DNA from: Yuukianura sp. NJ FZ-2021
Lineage: Eukaryota
Length of the DNA: 64,000 bases
Reading direction: 5' to 3'
Assembly: GCA_046563655.1 (NCBI GenBank)
Contig: CM102284.1
Location: 9,176,001 to 9,240,000 of the forward strand
Shown piece by piece: positions 61,401-64,000 of this stretch. The position numbers were made by a program, and so were the translations under genes. The notes under the pieces were generated by a model. It did no database searches. It had not been told where the DNA came from and was given only the letters and a program-made list of their open reading frames with translations. Each line of letters starts with the position of its first letter. The stretch's first letter is position 1.

Positions 61401-64000
61401 TCATCCCCAATTGTTTTCAATTGATTCTCTTCCGACACTTCGTCTAAAATTTCCAAATGTTTCTGCAATGGTGATGGCGTATGCAGCATTTCAACGCCAC
61501 TGGGAAGAATTAGACCCTGCTCCGTATCGATAATCGGAGACTTGGTTTCAGATTCGATATCCAAAACGTCGCAAATGGTTTCAACAATGGTTTTTACACC
61601 TTCTACTTCCTGTTGAGCTTCGACTACATCAGTGTTGGTAGAAGATTGGACAGCATCACAAGTATCGGTCGTACTCCCTTCACAAAAGCGCTTCTCAACA
61701 GGTTCCGTTTCGGACACTTGAACTGATTCACTTTCTTCGCCCACGTTTTCTCCACGAAGCTCTCGCTCAACGTTTTTACTTTCCAAAATCATTCCTGATT
61801 GACATAGATTTGAATCATCTTCGAGTATCTCTGGCTCAGTGTCGACGTTTCCAGTAGTATCCGCAGCATCTTCAACTACTGCTGGAACTAAATCTGTTTG
61901 AGAAGTGACTTCACTTTGCTCTGGAGATTCCACGGGTTTATCTAAAGTGGGAACTGCGATGATTTCTGAATTCATTTCCATTTCTTCAGTCTCCCCTGCT
62001 ACTTCAGGAACTTGTCCAGCAACTTCTGGAGCTTGTCCAGCAATTTCCAACATTAGCTCTGGGGCTTGTGACTGTGACAAGGTGGTGACAATTTCAAGAG
62101 GAACTTGTTGGAATACTTCCGGGACTTCCGATGCCTGTCCAGCGTCTATCGGCTCCGGATCAATTTTGATAAGCTTTTCATCCTCTTGGATCTCACTCTG
62201 CATTTCGATGTCCATCTTTTCAAAATCATCTGTAGAATGTACCGTTACCGGTAGTTCTTGACAAAGTTCCGTAGTGGATTGGATTTCCGTTGGTACATCT
62301 GGTTGTACAGCTTGCTCTGGAGATAACGACGCCTGAGGCACAGTCTCCACAAGATGTTCGTGATCATCAGGAAGTTCTTCGTCACTTCCCTCTGGCAACA
62401 TTGGCACTGATGGACTTGACATTAATTCTTTTGATGATGAAGGACCATGGATCTCAGTTTCAATTTGCTCCCCAGTTTCCACAGCTACTTTTGGAACAGG
62501 CTGTATTTCCGTTTCCATTTCTCCACAAACTTCTGTAGTCAAATCTGGAATTGAATTTGTCTCCTGCTCCACTTGTCCAGAATGTTCCAAAACCGAATCC
62601 AACACTGGTTCTGGTAGGGGCCGAGGCTGCTTTTCGTAATTTTCGTCTTGATGTACTTCCATTGGTTGATTCTCCGAACTGACGTCCATGATTTCATTTG
62701 AAATTTCCTTGTCTTCACTCTGACGAACTCCCAAATTCTCTTCAGTCGAATCGTCCTGAAGCTCCTCTATGTTAGAAGAAACTGAAACTTTGCATTCCGG
62801 AATAGGAGTTTTGGGTACCATAGAAGGTGATGCTTGTGACTGTTGCACTGGAGGTTCTGTACAAAGCTGTTCCTCCAAGTTCATTGCTGGGTCCTTCCCT
62901 TGCAGAGGGACCAACTCTTCTTCATTTTCTTTTTCATGTTGAACTTCCAATGATGCTGCCGGAGAAGACGCAGTTTCTTTTAGTTCGGCAACAACCAGAG
63001 GCATCTTCAAGTCAATCTCAATGTCTTCAGTAGCTTCCATATTTGTTTCAGAAACAGGAAGTTTTTCGGAATCCGCCTCTATTTCCACACTAGCTTCCGC
63101 ATTTACTTCTAGAACAGGCGGCAGGTGGGATTCGACTTCCGGTTGATCGCTAACTTCCAATTGGCCACTAGCTTCCGACTGTTCAATAACTTCCGGTTGA
63201 TGACTAACTTCCGGTTGACCGCTAACTTCTTCACTGGATTCTGGAACAAAATGTGCAGTGGACTGGACTTCTTCCATTTGTTGTTTAGGTTTGACGATTA
63301 CTTCAGGAGATAAGGGCGTCTGAGATTCAATGTATTGAGTGTGGTCTTCCCTTCCTTTTGCTTCTGTGATTTGATTCTCCACAATTGGAACTTGATCTTC
63401 ATGCTTATCATCAACAACTTCCAGCATATTTTTCTCGATAGAAATCTCACTTTGTTGAATTACATCCTCTTCAATTGAAGTTTTGACTTCTGTCGATTCA
63501 ACAACGTCCAGCACATCCTCCTTTGGAAACTCCATTTCAGAAGGACCTTGTTGACTTGCAGCAGGTGAATGTTGTGGTACTTCCTCCGAGACAGAAACAA
63601 AAGGTGAATGTTCCAAAGGCGCCGATGATCTGACACCAATGGGTTGGTCTTGCTCTTGTTCAATTTCTTTAACTTCAACTTGACGCTTTTCATGTTCGTC
63701 TTCCATCGTAACTTGTTCAGCTTCAGTTCCAAGTTCGGTGGTACAAGGAACTTGTACGCTTGGATGAACAAACTGAGCTGCTGTTTCCTGTACTGAAGTA
63801 GCGGATGAAACTTGTGGTTCCGGAATAATAGATGCTTGCACACTCTCACATTCAGCAGTATTTGATTCAGAGATGGGCGACATTTTAGTCAAAAAGGCCG
63901 TGTCGGACTCCGAATGGACGTCAGTGTCATCTTGCTGTTGCTGAGTCCCTGAATCGCTTGCAGCCTCCATTTGATTTGTAGATTCTTCTTCTTGAGATCC
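55408..64000 (-). CDS. RSF1: Remodeling and spacing factor 1 (RSF1)-like, 5'-partial
   Basis: Exons >64000-59942, 59864-59468, 59329-59154, 59072-58665, 58588-58051, 57959-57529, 57314-57178, 57093-56194, 56132-56013, 55941-55633, 55564-55408 join in phase. PHD CNKCGKGDHPEWILLCDSCDKGWHASCLRP...WFCPTCQH followed by RKQRLAYVGISLDNVL (RSF1 hallmark). Long acidic region; ends EFGGLVSYFSSQRGEEDMDT*. Confidence 0.88.

Overview
AT-rich, intron-containing animal genomic DNA from an arthropod. The (TTAGG)n tract and the arthropod-type miniature, BCOR and RSF1 sequences support this; a springtail-like hexapod is my guess from the F-box/LRR style and the 60-100 nt introns. Exon chains below were assembled by hand from GT-AG sites and reading phase. 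Gene order: (+) miniature-like ZP-domain gene; (+) four tandem uncharacterised secreted Cys-pattern genes; (-) F-box/LRR gene; (-) BCOR-like ankyrin corepressor with large, repeat-laden upstream introns; (+) 26S proteasome subunit Rpn2/PSMD1; (-) 5'-partial RSF1. The main finding is that Rpn2 hosts two same-strand nested ORFs. MIA40/CHCHD4 lies in the intron after a 25-nt Rpn2 start-codon segment and probably shares Rpn2's promoter. An intact tandem-PHD + APE-type endonuclease ORF with no reverse transcriptase lies in a late 1.9-kb intron and is a candidate domesticated retrotransposon nuclease. Other findings: a secreted family with a co-varying C-x7-C...CG-x6-C pattern, a dispersed ~175-bp module with exactly conserved spacing, a palindrome array joined to TTAGG repeats, and two TIR elements. 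No database searches were possible, so novelty claims are untested.
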